DNA from: an uncultured Lentimicrobiaceae bacterium
Lineage (GTDB): Bacteria > Bacteroidota > Bacteroidia > Bacteroidales > 4484-276
Direction: 5' to 3'
Assembly (NCBI GenBank): GCA_964593705.1
Contig: CAZQIV010000004.1
Span: forward strand, 27,646 to 91,645
Length of the DNA: 64,000 nucleotides
Below are positions 62,040-64,000 of this stretch, piece after piece; the first letter of the stretch is position 1, and each line of letters opens with the position of its first letter. A program made the translations under genes and the position numbers. The notes under the pieces are model-generated. The model did no database searches. It saw only the letters and a program-made list of their open reading frames with translations, and had not been told where the DNA came from.

Positions 62040-64000
62040 TTAGCGTTCAGGTATAGGTTGCCCGCGCATCCAGGGAGCCCCGGCCTTGATGAACTGATCT
62101 TCGAGTGCCGGAATGCGGTTTCCGCGGATATCTTCGATTTGCATCCTGATGTTGTCAAACTGTTGTTCGGCAACCTTTAGATTATCGAGGTGCGTTTTAG
62201 TTGGTCCGTAGGTAGAGCTAAAGGTTACCGACCATGCCGTATTCATCCTATCCATAATAGATAATGGTGTAGTTTCACCCACTTCCCTCCTCGAACTATT
62301 GCCCTTAAGCTGTTCATCCAGATCATTTAAATCCTGTTTGAGGGCATGAATTTTTCCAAAAAGGTCGCCTTGAACTTCGGGCACTGATCCAAGTGAGACC
62401 TCCATGGCAATAAGCTGTTTTTTCATATCGTCCATTGCAAGATCCACAGCAGAAAATGCCCGCCTCAAATTACCCAATCTGGCATAAATATCAGCAAGCT
62501 CTTCATCAGTAGAACCTTTAAGTACACCCTCATAAAGTTTTTCAACCTCGAAATTTATAGGTTTGGAAAGTTCAGTAATAACACCATCAATTTTCCTGGA
62601 GATTGTGGCCGTGTAAATTCCCGGATCGGCATATAATCCTGCCGGTTGGTCACCCACTGTAACCCTGTCAACATTTATTGCACGGGTAGAAGACTTTCTC
62701 AAATCCCAGGCAACACGGTGGAAGCCTTTGCCCACCGGACCTGAGAATTGCCTTATAGCATTTTCTTTGTCATCCTTTATTGTAATTAGTATTTGCGGGG
62801 CTTCCTGCCGCTTTTCATCCTCAAGGGCATCCCACCCGGGAAATGGAATATTTTCACCATTGAGTTTCTTTTCCATTTCCACCCGCTCCTGTTTTTTGGT
62901 TTTATAGTCCTTCCCTAAATAATAGGTAAAAACTGCGCCATAGGGTGGATTTGGTGCCTGGTAAAGTTCAGCCCCCTTTGATCCACGTTCGCCAAAACTG
63001 ATCACAGGCTTAGGGATGTACCACCAGGCCTTACGTGCAGGAAATAAAGTTGCTTCTTCGTTGAGTTGCTCTTCCGTTACCTCGCGCAGAGCGCTGTAAT
63101 CGTCAAGAATATAAAAACCCCGGCCAAAAGATGCGCCCACGAGATCGTTTTCCCTTGGCTGAATAGCAAGGTCGCGGAAACTAATGGTTGGTAAACCGCC
63201 GGTAATTTTTATCCACCTAATGCCTCCGTTAATGGTAAAGTAAATTCCAAATTCAGTTGCAGCAAAAAGCAGTTCCTGTTTTACATGATCCTGAACAATT
63301 CTCCAAACCAAAGTCCTCTCCGGAATGTTCCCGCTGATAGATTTCCAGTTTTTGCCCCCGTTTTCACTTTTAAAAATATAGGGTTTAAAATCACCAAATT
63401 TATGGTTGTCCAAAACTACATAAACCGTATTTTCATCAAACAAGTCAGCTTTGATATCATTAACAAAAGCTGTGGCCGGTACGCCGGGCAATGAAGCGAC
63501 CTGGATCTTGTTCCAACTTATGCCTCCGTCTTTGGTTATCTGAATAAGCCCGTCATCGGTTCCGGCATAAATTAATCCTTCCTTAACCGGCGATTCGGAT
63601 AAGGATGTAATGGTGTTGTAATTGGACATGGCGTGCAAATCCCAGTGAGAATCCCAGCTTTGCTGTTTGCCCATAATGGGTAGTTCGATGCGTTCCTGGT
63701 TAAGGGTAAGATCAGTAGAAACCGGCATCCAGCTATCTCCACGATCATCCGAACGCCACAACCTTTGCGATGCAAAATACAATCTTGGGGGCGAATGTGG
63801 GCTAACAAGTATTGGCGAATCCCAGTTCCAGCGTTCGTCAGGATCATCAAGTCCGGGCTGCGGCCTAACGCTAACAACCTCATTCGTGGTCATGTCGATA
63901 CGGCTGAGATAGCCCTGCTGCGACTGTGCATAAACAATGGCCGGATTTCCGGGTTCGGTGGCCGGTTGATGCCCATCGCCTCCAAGAATCACCCTCCAGT
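62040..64000 (-). CDS. BNR/Asp-box repeat (sortilin/VPS10-like) protein, 5' end outside window
   Basis: Repeated S/D-x-D-x-G-x-x-W boxes (SDDRGDSWMPV, KDGGISWNKI, ENGGKNWKSI, INGGIRWIKI). The frame stays open upstream of the listed GTG to base 64000. Confidence 0.75.
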   Translation of the reverse strand, partial: WRVILGGDGHQPATEPGNPAIVYAQSQQGYLSRIDMTTNEVVSVRPQPGLDDPDERWNWDSPILVSPHSPPRLYFASQRLWRSDDRGDSWMPVSTDLTLNQERIELPIMGKQQSWDSHWDLHAMSNYNTITSLSESPVKEGLIYAGTDDGLIQITKDGGISWNKIQVASLPGVPATAFVNDIKADLFDENTVYVVLDNHKFGDFKPYIFKSENGGKNWKSISGNIPERTLVWRIVQDHVKQELLFAATEFGIYFTINGGIRWIKITGGLPTISFRDLAIQPRENDLVGASFGRGFYILDDYSALREVTEEQLNEEATLFPARKAWWYIPKPVISFGERGSKGAELYQAPNPPYGAVFTYYLGKDYKTKKQERVEMEKKLNGENIPFPGWDALEDEKRQEAPQILITIKDDKENAIRQFSGPVGKGFHRVAWDLRKSSTRAINVDRVTVGDQPAGLYADPGIYTATISRKIDGVITELSKPINFEVEKLYEGVLKGSTDEELADIYARLGNLRRAFSAVDLAMDDMKKQLIAMEVSLGSVPEVQGDLFGKIHALKQDLNDLDEQLKGNSSRREVGETTPLSIMDRMNTAWSVTFSSTYGPTKTHLDNLKVAEQQFDNIRMQIEDIRGNRIPALEDQFIKAGAPWMRGQPIPER

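Overview
This 64-kb chromosomal window looks like an anaerobic or facultative member of the Bacteroidota. That placement is inference only, from the AT-rich coding style, Bacteroidetes-type intergenic hairpin/MITE repeats, and the tricorn, SPOR and TPR-O-antigen-ligase-type genes. I call about 50 protein genes, no convincing rRNA or tRNA gene, and no CRISPR array.

Four blocks stand out:
- **0.9-13.4 kb:** a 14-gene minus-strand Mrp-Mbx/MBS-type, complex-I-like ion-translocating oxidoreductase operon in the archaeal mbx gene order. Its NuoI/MbxN-type ferredoxin subunit is fused to a GltD-like NAD(P)H flavoprotein and is followed by a DHOD-like FMN barrel.
- **13.6-23.5 kb:** an anaerobic sulfur island bracketed by two FNR-type regulators. 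It holds a Tat-dependent PsrABC-like molybdoenzyme, a split YeeE/YedE transporter, tatC, and two membrane-anchored rhodanese paralogs. The paralogs lack the catalytic Cys but share an identical C-terminal tail, RKKKKGAVEGGC, that ends on a cysteine.
- **33-43 kb:** a YgfK-like / MOP-like molybdenum hydroxylase / MocA cluster with two PLP enzymes. It is interrupted by a 451-bp minisatellite of 9-bp units.
- **56.3-59.7 kb:** a decayed type I R-M locus (hsdM and hsdR relics) that retains an intact ABC-type ATPase + DUF4276/Toprim-like gene pair.

The rest is housekeeping or catabolic: aconitase fragment, FTCD, aromatic amino acid hydroxylase, pyrF, tricorn protease, M20 amidohydrolase, TrmH, Sir2, a serine hydrolase, GT-C glycosyltransferases and a BNR protein. 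Intergenic DNA is saturated with at least two MITE families and modular GC-rich hairpin repeats; several of these donate stop codons to genes or create spurious ORFs in the supplied track. All functional calls come from motif recognition by eye. No database search was run.
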